A stretch of 63,727 nt of DNA, counting the filler, from Rhabdomonas costata (lineage: Eukaryota): the NCBI GenBank assembly GCA_019059605.1. It is 31 parts of 31 records of this genome, joined end to end, with 100 filler letters (N's around TTAATTAATTAA, not from the genome) between each part and the next. Parts side by side here need not be neighbours in the genome. Positions count along the whole stretch, not along the records: positions 1 to 1,961 come from JAHMHO010006962.1; positions 2,062 to 4,022 come from JAHMHO010006963.1; positions 4,123 to 6,083 come from JAHMHO010006964.1; positions 6,184 to 8,144 come from JAHMHO010006965.1; positions 8,245 to 10,204 come from JAHMHO010006966.1; positions 10,305 to 12,264 come from JAHMHO010006967.1; 25 more parts are not named here. One strand, written 5' to 3'. Positions 1 through 10,547 of this stretch are shown here, one piece after another; position 1 is the first letter of the stretch; each line of letters begins with the position of its first letter. The notes below the pieces were generated by a model, which saw nothing but the letters and a program-made list of their open reading frames with translations, was not told the DNA's origin and did no database searches. Position numbers and translations under genes: made by a program.

Positions 1-132
1 CAAAAACGTTCTGGGCTCGTCCCCGTCACGTGATATCGAGCCAAAAGACATAAAAAGGCTCACTCAGTGTGATGACATGTGGGGAGGTCAAACCCAATAT
101 GGCAACAGCGTTGGCAGAGCAGGAAATATGAC

Positions 133-1674
133 CTTTCCGCAGTTGTAAAGGTTCGGGTTCATCCGAGAGTATGAAGCTGTGGTCTGCAGGTTAACCATTG
201 GGGGGACCGAAGGATACCCCGAGGGCAGGCAGATATCGAACACAAACGCCCCGTTGGCGTACGGGGTCTCTTCTGGACCCAAGATGAGCGCCTTCAAAGC
301 GTGTATGGCGTTCTCCTGCACCCTTACAAAGACCCCACTCTGTGGGGTCAGGGGAAGACCTCGGCTCAGGGCGCCCAGCTCCTTCATCACGCGAGTTGGG
401 GACACCAGCCGCATCTCCTCCACCTGCTTCGCGAAGTGATGAGGTAGCCCCGCAGGATAGTTTCCGAATTGAAGAGGGAGCAGTGCCTCGACGTACGCGC
501 GCCCAAAGTCCAACTGAGCCGCAGGCGGCAAAGCTGCCTGCTCGGCAGAGGACTGAGCCTTGACGATTGCTGGGCCGGAGCTGCTGCTGGCTGTGGCAGT
601 GGCAGTGGGGTTTTGTTAACGAGCTCATCCCACCCCACCCACCTCCATATGTTGGGCATTCCTTTTAGCAATTACGGTTCAAAAAAATCCTGGGGTTTGG
701 GTTGCACCGGCATTATTTCACAATCTGCGGAAATGCAACCTGCGATTCCTTTCAGACGCTCAGGGAGCAAACTAGGCCACCCAGTACCACACTGCAAACC
801 ATGCTCCTAATCAACAAGTATATATAGTTGTGTTATTCGGTATTTTCCATACTGGGATGCAGGGGATTGAGAAGAATAAATGTCCACATCTAACTGGTTG
901 CTCTGCGCGAAGCTAACCGTCCTCGGGCGTGATAAGCCAACCAAATGTGGGCTCAGCCAGCAAACGTGCCATGTCCTTTACTACGGCGCTAGGGACGTTT
1001 GCGGCCCCACCCCATCGTCCCCATCGCAGCACCCTGCAACCGCCAGCGGCACCTACAAACCCTCAAAATTTTCGCCCCCCGCGTTAAAAAAAGAAGTCGA
1101 ACAGCGGAATCCCGTCTGCTCGGGGTGTTGAAGCGGCGCATTTGTTTGTTGGGGATGGGTGGCATGGGTGGCGTGCTCGTAAAAAACCGAAAAGGCGGGC
1201 TCGACCGCGGGCCCCCGAAGGGAGAGCAAATAAGAGCTGTACTCAGTGAGCTTGCTGGAGACCGTTGCCCCCGTGTGCTGAACTTGAATCATCACAGGGA
1301 GGATGGCCTCCAGCTCCTCGTCCTGGTCCCGGCCCTCGATAATTTCCCGGTGGGTGAGAAACGCGGATGCCTGCTCGGCCATCCGTGCCAGCTCCCCACT
1401 TAAGGTGGACACACTGCCTGGTGGTGACGGTGAGGGTGGCGCGGAGGTTGCCGGCATTGGGGGGTCCTCCAGGTCCTGCAGCTCAATGGTAGGGCTGGGC
1501 AGGAGCAGCAGAAGAGCGGGACCTCCTCTGCAGAGCTGCAAAAGTATCTCGCACACCATTGTGGTTAGATTGGGATTTCCTTCAATGGGAGACCAGCTTC
1601 GCATCAACAGCAGCAGCACATCAACAAAGCATGAGGCCAGAAGCAATGCGTAGTCCGCGAACACAACACCGAGG
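133..1674 (-). CDS. BIRC6/UBE2O/UBE2Z-type ubiquitin-conjugating (E2) domain protein, partial; exons approx. 1674-1263 (may extend further) and 591-133
   Basis: Translation ..RVMKELGALSRGLP..VFVRVQENAIHALKALILGPEETPYANGAFVFDICLPSGYPSVPPMVNLQTT..RMNPNLYNCGK. GT donor at 132 lies just before the catalytic VCLS motif. The upstream exon is flanked by an AG. Confidence 0.9.
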
Positions 1675-1961
1675 CTAGAATCTGTGCAGACACGAGAAGG
1701 AAGAACCGGGAGCTTCCAGGATTATCCATATCTGGGACAAGTATGCAATTACATATACTGACTTCCCGAAAATATGGATGCCCGAACGTTTGCGAACTTT
1801 ACCCGAGAACAGAGCAGAGATTTCGACTCCATCAGATCGAAATCTAATTGAAGGCAAACCCCTTCTCAGCTAATGACGTGGAATCGGAAGTGAAAACGTC
1901 TTGTCAACAAGGTCAAAAAAGGGAGAACGAGAGCGTAAGACGAAGGACCTCCAAAACAACC

Positions 1962-2061
1962 NNNNNNNNNNNNNNNNNNNNNNNNNNNNNNNNNNNNNNN
2001 NNNNNTTAATTAATTAANNNNNNNNNNNNNNNNNNNNNNNNNNNNNNNNNNNNNNNNNNNN
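1962..2061. other. Artificial contig spacer (44 N + TTAATTAATTAA + 44 N); first of 30, recurring about every 2060 bp
   Basis: Identical 100-bp block carrying stop codons in all six frames. Flanking sequences are unrelated and all contigs are about 1950-1962 bp (size-sorted assembly). Confidence 0.99.
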
Positions 2062-2432
2062 GGGTCGAAGAGGAGGGCGAGTGATGTTGGTTTGAATAGG
2101 CCCTCCGGGCCACGCTCTCACTTCATTCCTCGCTACGCTAGGACGCTAGGACAGCGCAGACGCACAGGGTGGTCGGGAATATGTGCATGGTCAACGCCGT
2201 GTGCCAGCAGTGTGATTGAACCAACAGTTACTTTTTGATTGCAGTGCTCTCTCTCTCTCTCTCTCTCTTGTACTGGCGTTATGTGCAATGGGAGAGTACT
2301 CATCCGTAATTGAGTGCTGTTGTCCCTTTTTCCAGCATGAGCTCGCAATAGCTTCTCGTCTTTCTCCAACTTCATGCTCCTGTTGTCCTGACCTCAGGCC
2401 ATCAGTTACGAGTCTTGCGAACTTGTGGGCAG

Positions 2433-3244
2433 GTTGGGCTGAACCGGGACTGGGGGTGGTTCTTCTTCTGGCTGCTGGTGTTCTTCCTGTATGTGGTGTT
2501 CAACACCTACATGGGGATCATGCTGGCGGCGTGGCTGCCCAACCAGGGCATCGCGGAGTTTTTCGGGCTGGCCATCGTCCTGGTCCTGTCGCTGACCTGT
2601 GGGCTGACCATCCCTTTCCCAAAGATCCCGATCTGGTGGAAGTGGGCCCACTGGTGCGTCAACACGATTGCAATCTGATGCAATCTGATGCCCGTATTAT
2701 GATAACGCTGGTGGTAGCATAGTTCAGGATGGCTACAAACGGGGAGGGTAATATTCCGACATTTTATTGATGAGAGTAGTTCGCATCACGTGCGCGTGCC
2801 CTGGACGACACCTGGGCAGTATTTGAGTTGCCATTTGTTCTGGAGGGCAAAATATTGGCGCAGCGAACCGCAGCTACAGAGTGTGACTTGTAGCTCTTGT
2901 TGTTTGAATGTTAGCTGTTTGGGAAAAACAAGGGAATGGGATTTGTGTGACCTCCGACAATGGTGTCAAAGTACCGCAGTTTCCTTGGCCTTAGTTGGTT
3001 CCATGGAATCAGCAAGGGTCAGGTTAAACGTGCCGGTTCGTGTTTTGATATGTTCTGTTATCTTTCGGGATAAATGCTTTTGCCTTTTTTGCCTTAAGCA
3101 GTAGTTTCGGATATGCCCCCCCCCTCTCTTCATCACCGGTCACACTCCCGCCTTCCCTTTAGGGCTAACCCTCTGGCGTATGCCATCAATGCGATGGAGG
3201 CGTCTCAGAACTACTGCGAGGGATCGGACTGCAATTACGTGGTG
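2433..3244 (+). CDS. ABCG/PDR-type ABC transporter, C-terminal ABC-2 membrane domain; exons 2433-2653 and 3163-~3244
   Basis: Spliced translation VGLNRDWGWFFFWLLVFFLYVVFNTYMGIMLAAWLPN..GLTIPFPKIPIWWKWAHW|ANPLAYAINAMEASQ. The GT-AG intron preserves frame. Confidence 0.9.
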
Positions 3245-4168
3245 GTTTGTACCACATCCTATCACAGACACGCGCACACGCACAGACAGGCCCTTCGTGA
3301 GGAAGGATGAGACATCCAATCTCAACCCCAGGTGAACCCGGAGTGAAGGGCCAAAATCCTAAAATAGGGATAACACGTACGAAAAACAAAGGCGCCCAAA
3401 GCAAGGTCTTCCGGAAAGTGCGCGACACCACGGGGAGCGAAGGAGAGAGGCAGTGAACCCGAGCGCGGACAAAAGGCCGAGGGACAAGGAGTAAGGGACA
3501 GGAAGTACAGGCAGATATCGCTGCGAGGATCAATAACTCGGCATCCAGGGAGGACAGAGGCCGAGACATAGATCGGATGAGTCCAGCGGCCGGAAGAGAG
3601 AATTCCCAATGACCAAGCCGCCAGAAGGTGGAACCCGAAGATGGATGCCCCAAGAGTGGGGTGCTGACGCGGTGGCACCTGCAAATACTGTTGCTGCCAG
3701 TTTACATACCCAAAGATTTGAAGAAGAGAAGGCCCCACCCGCATAAATGGAGCAGCGCGGGTAGCCGCTAGAAAACGATAGTCACGCGACAAAGGGCCGG
3801 CTCCGTGAAGCAAATAGGAGATTACGGCATGTGGTACGCACCGCGGTGAGTCGGCACCACGGGCTCCAAAGTTACCTCTTTGCTTCGCGAGTACCCGTGG
3901 CCAACAGCGCGTGTCAACAATGCTGTAAGTTAAACGTGGTTACCAACAGCTTGTCAGGCAACAGCCGCCCAGCTCGCCAGCGTCCAACACACACATACTA
4001 TGCAGGTGCGAGAAAACACAAANNNNNNNNNNNNNNNNNNNNNNNNNNNNNNNNNNNNNNNNNNNNTTAATTAATTAANNNNNNNNNNNNNNNNNNNNNN
4101 NNNNNNNNNNNNNNNNNNNNNNTGTTTGTTTTGACATGTATGCAGCTCCCCGCTGGTTTTTTTGCTAG

Positions 4169-5288
4169 GTTACGCGGAGGAAGCCATTCAGCATTTTCGG
4201 CAGTCCATCAACCTGGACAACAAAATCCCGGACGCTGTATCCAACTTGGGCAGTGCATATAAGGAAAGTGCACCTCGATTGCTTCTCACACTCAAGGAGC
4301 TGCTGGCGTTTGGCAGTCGTTGTTTCTCTGTGCGTCTGTGGTGGTTTCACATATGTCCGGGAGTGGTTTAACCGTCTCAAGATGACCAAGGGAGAAGCAG
4401 CTTTTATCCCGTAATTATACACCGCAGGCGCTTGTTCCACAATGAAGAGAGTCTCACTCAGGTCCAAGCATCTTTGCCGCGTCCAGCAGAAGGCGTTTGC
4501 TACATTGTGCTGGTTTCGTCTCGATGCAGCCCTCGTTAACAAAAAGCCGTCCGTTCGGTTCGGTGCCCAAAAAACGAAAACCTTGCTACTGGATTTTCTT
4601 TTATGGGGTCCCCTGTTTCTTCAGAAACAGGGAAAGCTGGCGGAGGCTGCGGCGCAGTACCGCAAGGCGCTTTCCATCAACCCGCAGTTCACGATGGCAC
4701 GAGAGCTGCTGGGATTCACGTGTCAGGTGCTTCTTGTGAATCTCAGCTTGGTACCTTCCTCATTTTTCTCCTGAATTTTCACTGGTGTGTATCCTGCGCT
4801 GTCATAGTGTGACTCAGCGAGGTGTCGAACTGGAGCCAGTTAAGATGATTAAATGATGTGGGTCTCTATTGCTGCAGGACCTGGGGGACTCACAACAAGC
4901 CTTTGAGGTCTTCACTCAGTTGTGCTACAGCCGCCCAGACAACGCTGTGTACTGGGCAAACCTCGGGACTGCCGCGCAGGTACGCAGTCCACTGTTTTTG
5001 TCCCCTTCTTATCCCCTCCACTCATTCTCAACCTGTGAAGGGTAAAGGGTCTCCTTTTCGAAGATTGACTGGCTGACCAAACAATAGTGGATACAGTGCT
5101 GTCTTTCCCCATTTTTTCTGGATAGATTGCCTATTTGGGTGGACTGCTCTTTGCTTTCGCCCCAGGGGCTTGGAAGACTTCAAGACGCCATTCATTTCTA
5201 TTCCGTGGCGACCCACATCTCGCCGTTCTATGCTGTTGCCCATGGAAACCTTGCGAACTGCCTGAAGGAGAAGGGCAGAATCGCCGAG
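4169..5288 (+). CDS. TPR-repeat protein, O-GlcNAc transferase (OGT/SEC)-like, partial; exons 4169-4263, 4625-4726, 4878-4979, 5166-5288
   Basis: Consecutive TPRs: DAVSNLGSAYK|KQGKLAEAAAQYRKALSINPQF..CQ|DLGDSQQAF..PDNAVYWANLGTAAQ|GLGRLQDAIHFY..AVAHGNLANCLKEKGRIAE. NLANxLKEKG resembles OGT TPRs. The catalytic domain is not in the contig. Confidence 0.8.
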
Positions 5289-5624
5289 GTATGTGCTTGG
5301 GTTTGTGAGCAACTATTTGACATTGAGCATCCCTCGTGCGATCGACATGGATTCTTTCATTAGACGAACCTTAGGACACTTTAGGACTTAGAGATAGAGA
5401 TTTTTTTGGGGAGAAAATCTACACCGCTGCAAATGACGGAGAAATCACTTTGTATATCACCACCATAAACATCTTCAACCGAACTAGCTGGTAATCCAAA
5501 GCATCTCAACTGTGCCCGCATGTAAACCTCTTTTAGAAGCTTACGGAAGTTCTCCCGCAGTACAGCTCGATACGCACCGTTGCATTCACAACCAGCGGGT
5601 AAGAGAACAGGAGCAACGGAACAC

Positions 5625-5888
5625 CTTCGTCGACGACATCGCCAGGTCCTGCACACCGCTCAGCGCGTCCTGGCCCGTCTGCCACGACCCCATCCATAGA
5701 CCCACCGCGGGGCCAATGGCAAACACGCACAGCACCGCCACAAGAAGCGCCCGTAGAGGCAGCTTAAATCCCGTATGCTGGACATTAGAGCCGCCCAGCA
5801 TGTCGGCACTTCGGTAGGTGAGCCCACCGCCACGTGGGGTGTCTTCCACGTACCGCTGCAAAGAAGGGCGGCCCGGGGAGAGGGCCAT
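5625..5888 (-). CDS. First coding exon of a membrane protein with an N-terminal TM helix (resembles the N-terminus of receptor-type cyclase/sensor proteins)
   Basis: ATG at 5888, MALSPG..FKLPLRALLVAVLCVFAIGPAVGLWMGSWQTGQDALSGVQDLAMSSTK, GC3-rich codons, AAG|GT donor at 5624, and a pyrimidine tract plus AG just upstream of the ATG. Confidence 0.6.
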
Positions 5889-6899
5889 CGTGGAAAACCG
5901 AAATGGCTCTACGGCAGAGTTGCAAAAGGTCAAGAGAGCATCGGGAACAGGTATCGAGACATACACAAAAGACAAAGAGCACAGTAGATAACAGTTGTGA
6001 GGACGAGGGCGAAAGGGAACACCCGACAGAAGAGCAAGATGAACCTCAAGTCTTGACAAAGCTGAGGAAGCAAACAAAAAACCNNNNNNNNNNNNNNNNN
6101 NNNNNNNNNNNNNNNNNNNNNNNNNNNTTAATTAATTAANNNNNNNNNNNNNNNNNNNNNNNNNNNNNNNNNNNNNNNNNNNNTTGTTTTTGTATGCTGG
6201 AGCATTTGTTTGGGCGGAGTCAAGCGTCGGTCACAGCGGGCGGCTGAGACAGGATATTGGCTTGGGGGACCTTTATAAAAGTTTGAGGCTGAAGCAGAAG
6301 CGAATTCTGCTGGCGTAAGTTCGCCTAGACTGCTTAGAATTAGGCGAGATTGTGCAGTTGTTTGCCCCTAGTGCCTAGTTGTGTGCCACCACATTCCCGT
6401 TTGTCCCCACCTGAAGCTCCACATGACAACCCAAATTGGATCAGTGGATTAAACCTCAGGGAGGGCTGGGCAGGGCAAACGCGCAGGCATTTTCAAGGTC
6501 CTCCCAGGCTGCATCGCATGCGGCATTCGCGGACCACCATCCGATTAATAGAGGGCAAAGCAAAAGAGCATACGGGGTTGGTCGTGGAACGCCACCGATT
6601 GCCCGGTGTTAAAGAAGGTGTTTCTGCAGTCCATGTCGAGAAGACTGTCGGGATTAGCCGTCAGCCGAGCATTGCAAGTTGGAACAGGTCGAGGGAAGGC
6701 AGACGCAGAATCTGCTTAAAGTTGATTTCATCCGCGCTGTTTAGAGGTTTCCGGGCTACTCTCATTTTATACTTCAGCCTAATATTAGGTCTCCACACCA
6801 ACACAGGTCCCGAATCCGCGAAAAGAGAAAACAAATCAAAAATTTCACCGCCCTTTCTTCGGTCACTTTTAAATATGGCGTCACTCCGGCATCATTAAC

Positions 6900-7810
6900 G
6901 CTTAACAATGTGTCTGAACCCCCTCCAGCTTGGGCGCAACATCTTCGGACCCTCATGACATCTGTCCAACACCTGCAAGAGTGGCAACAGCATCTGCAGG
7001 AGCGCTTTTGGGACTCTTGGGGTTCCCATACCCCCCGTTTCCGAGGTTCTCACTGCCGGACTACAGAACTTCCTGATACGGTTTGCCTACGCCCGCCCGC
7101 TTTCGTCTTTTGTGTAATTCTTCGCGTCTCCGACGCTGCCGTTCTTTCCCATCATCCTTCCCCAGCTTCTCATCAATCCTGCCAAGCGAACGAGCCCGCC
7201 AGCCGGCGCACTTTCACACCTTTTATCACTGCATGGCTCCTCCACCTCCTTGAGCATCTCCGCTGCCACGGCTCTACCTCCTCCAGCCCCCTTCATCAGT
7301 TGCGCAACCTCCTGTCCGGCCATCATCCCGCCAACCCTCACCTGGCACTCTCTGCGCCGAGGTGGGCCATGGGCCTCATCTCCCAGACGGTATAACCCAA
7401 TCAGCTTTGCACTTGGGCACTGGCGGTTGGCCCAAGCCGCTGCCAAGCACCATGGCATGGTAGGAAAAGACGACCGCACACAAAATCCAGACTCTCACGT
7501 GAGGGTCTCTGGGGGGCGGGGGAGCACAATGGGCGAAACCCGCACAACCAAGAACGCTCACTCACCACCGGATGTTAGGTGCTGCGCTCTTGGGGGGCTA
7601 CTCAGCATTAAATCTTCCCCAATTCTCCCTATCAATCTGCCATTTCCTCGGAACCCTGCATCGCCCTTCCGAGTCGAGTTCGTCTCGTTCTCAAAACTCC
7701 ACGAGAACTCCCACCCTGATTGGAATTCGAGACCGCAGGCTGCTTGCAACCATGACAAACTGCGTGGCATCTTTGCTGACGTCGGCGACCAGAAGGAGGT
7801 TCGCTGAATA
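6900..7810 (+). mobile_element. Possible decayed non-LTR retrotransposon fragment
   Basis: Frameshifted, intron-free coding-like stretch containing ..LRRGGP..PRRYNPISF (compare the LINE RT xxYRPISL motif). No intact domain. Confidence 0.3.
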
Positions 7811-8637
7811 TCTCTGTATATGACCAATAATAGTTACTGGCCAGTATCCAAAGGGATAGTGGGAGCATCCGGGGCCTGGATATAGGGGAATGGCTTCAAA
7901 AAGACACAACCATACGTGCCGCCCAAAGAAGAAATAGTAACACGTCTGTTGTGTTTTGGTGTAGCACTATGTCTCGTGGATGGGGGTGAGGTGAAGGCGC
8001 GGCACACATACTCCACTTCGCCGTTTGACTCTACCCAACCAATCGGTTGTCCCGCGTCCCGCAGCATTGGAACCGGAAGTCCACGGCACTTGCTCACATA
8101 ACGGGTTTCCCAAGCCGAGCATGGCCTGTCCCCATGGAGAGCACNNNNNNNNNNNNNNNNNNNNNNNNNNNNNNNNNNNNNNNNNNNNTTAATTAATTAA
8201 NNNNNNNNNNNNNNNNNNNNNNNNNNNNNNNNNNNNNNNNNNNNTTTTGGTGGGCGGAGGCTATATTCTCGTGTGAAACAAAGCAGAAGCTGAAGCATAG
8301 CTAGCAAACGTGTCCACCACTGTGTACTGCCTTCATTCCATGGTCGGAAATAATTGGGGACTTCCATACAGAAGCCTTCTTCTTCTATTGGACCGTTCAC
8401 TTTTCACAATGGGGATATAATCTCGCTGTACGCGAGCTGGGTCTGCGTTGGGGATCGTGGGCCTGTCAGGGGACAGTTGTTGGCCGTAATGTGAATATCT
8501 GGAGAGAGGACCGGGGGGGGGGGTCAGCCCTCGATGGTGCCCTGTTAACGTCTGAGTGACCGATTGCAAATGTCGATTGTTTGTGGTCCATTTCGCAGTA
8601 TGAAGAGGCTTGTGTCGCTTTTCATTGTTCTTCAACA

Positions 8638-10204
8638 ATGAACTTCTCTCGGAAATGTTTTGTGGAGAGTGGCAATCCTGATGATCCGATTGAGTTGGAT
8701 GCGCCCGTTAGGCCCATTGATGTGGACGGGGAAAGTCATGGCAGGAGTTCTTCTCACGAACTGAGAGCTGGATATTCAAACCGAGGTCGGAGCTTGCGAG
8801 ACACTTCTGTGGAATATAATTCCCCAAGGTATTTCTTTTGCAGGCGCACTTAGAAAATGATCCTCTTGATGTGTGGGGTCCTTTGGGGCGCGGTACTTTT
8901 CAGTTGGTAACCTTTGAAACGCTAAAGGGTCAATGCTTTTCGTTCCTAGGTTTTCTAAGTTACCTCTTGGTTAAAGAGGCACCTGGGTGTCGTGAAAGTG
9001 TGTGTGTGTATGTGTGTAGGGTTTTGACCACACGAAATGTCGACAAGACAGCTTACAACTTGCTTACATGCTTTTTTATGTTCTGCAGATCTCGAGACAC
9101 ATACCGTGACCTTCCAGAGCGAGACCCTAAAAGGCGTGCGGTGGAGCGAGACCCTAAAAGGCGTGCGGTGGAGTACTCTGCAGTCTCCCGCCAGAACACA
9201 GGAGGGCCAATCCCTGCCGAACCTTCCCCTCGCGTTTCTCCGGCCAAAAAACCTCACCATGGGGCACATAGCCGCCCGTCCTTTTCTAACCGAACGGAGT
9301 GGAGGGCGCCGCCTCCCTGGGCCTATGCCAGGGGTCAGTTACAACCTGGGGAACCCCGGCAGCCACGTTTCCCCAGCCCTGAGTTTCAGCGTTGGGGTCG
9401 CGGGGTTCCGTTTTTGCCTCCCCCGCCAGTGTTTCAACGGGAGGGTGTTCGTCCAGAATTTCCTAATGGTCACTCCCGTGAGTTCTGGGAAATGCCTCGA
9501 AGCATGGAACCAAAAGGCTCTGACAGGGCGCCACTGCGACGGACTCCGTCGCGAGATAGGTATGAGAGAAGGGAGCACGGTGAAAACAGAAGGTCCAGGT
9601 CTCCTGCGAAGCCTTCCAATGCAACCTCCCGGACTAGTTCAAAGCCCCTTGCCACGGAAACTGCATTTTCTGGGGAAGACAAGGCTGAATCTTTGCGGAA
9701 AGTTCTGGAGGCCAAGTTTGAAGCACTTCGGCAGCGCAAGCGCAAAGCATCATCAGAGGAGTGTCTTGGTGAGTGTCCTGAGAATGATCTTGCTGCGAAG
9801 CCTTCTTGCGTGTCTGCTAATCCTGCGGAGGGCGAACGCAAAGGAGAGAGTGCTGGGCCACGTGCCCGTGAGAGTTCTTTGTCGCCAGTTATTGACGAGA
9901 AGGGCGGAAATTCTTCCGGGAGTGAAAGCATGGCATCTACTGTCAGCAGAGGCATTGGAAACAGCAAAAAGATCAAAAGAGGCAGCAGCGGTTCACGGTC
10001 ACCTCCGGAGAGTAGCAGGATCGGAGGCAGAGACGGGACAAATCTGCAACATGGCCAGGAGGTTGTCGAAAATCTCAAATCTGAGATACGAATGCGCCCA
10101 ACAGAACTTGCTCTGACACCCCCGGCTGTACCACAATGGGTGCACGACCCCGCAGTGGAGAACGCAAGTTGCAGTGCGAGTGTTCCTGTGCGAACCAACC
10201 CCAC
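8638..10204 (+). CDS. Hypothetical low-complexity Arg/Ser/Pro-rich protein, 5' part; exons 8638-8828 and 9089->10204
   Basis: ATG exon plus an in-frame GT-AG join (..YNSPR|SRDTY..) to a >1.1-kb open exon with SRDRYERR and RRSRSP motifs. Confidence 0.65.
9117..9170 (+). repeat. Perfect 27-bp tandem duplication in coding sequence (ERDPKRRAV x2)
   Basis: GAGCGAGACCCTAAAAGGCGTGCGGTG x2. Confidence 0.95.
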
Positions 10205-10547
10205 NNNNNNNNNNNNNNNNNNNNNNNNNNNNNNNNNNNNNNNNNNNNTTAATTAATTAANNNNNNNNNNNNNNNNNNNNNNNNNNNNNNNNNNNNNNNN
10301 NNNNGGGTTTTTGTACTTACAGCAGGCTTCCCTAAGACCTGCCCTCTGTCTGTCTTCGGGAAGCCTGCTGTAAGTACAAAAAAGACCTCCGCCCTGTTTC
10401 CGCTTCGCCCTCAGCAGGTGAACAAACCTTCTGTTTGCAGAAGCCCACCTCTTTCCTTTTTCTTCACATTGTGGTGCGAAGACACTGGTGGCGGAGTTTG
10501 AACTGGGGTGTGGGGGAGCCCAAGATCTAAAAGCGAGCAGAGCATAC

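Noticed and set aside
1962-2061. Regularly spaced TTAATTAATTAA palindrome as a biological repeat or CRISPR-like array
   Set aside because: It is embedded in N runs at fixed geometry and is a six-frame stop linker added when contigs were concatenated. Adjacency across spacers has no meaning.
3322-3813. 163-aa minus-strand ORF as a gene or retroelement tail
   Set aside because: No recognisable motif or splice context, and overlapping frames look equally plausible.
9037-10204. Long overlapping ORFs (9037-10116 +, 9470-10204 -) as dual-coding
   Set aside because: These are shadow frames of a low-complexity exon, with no independent evidence.
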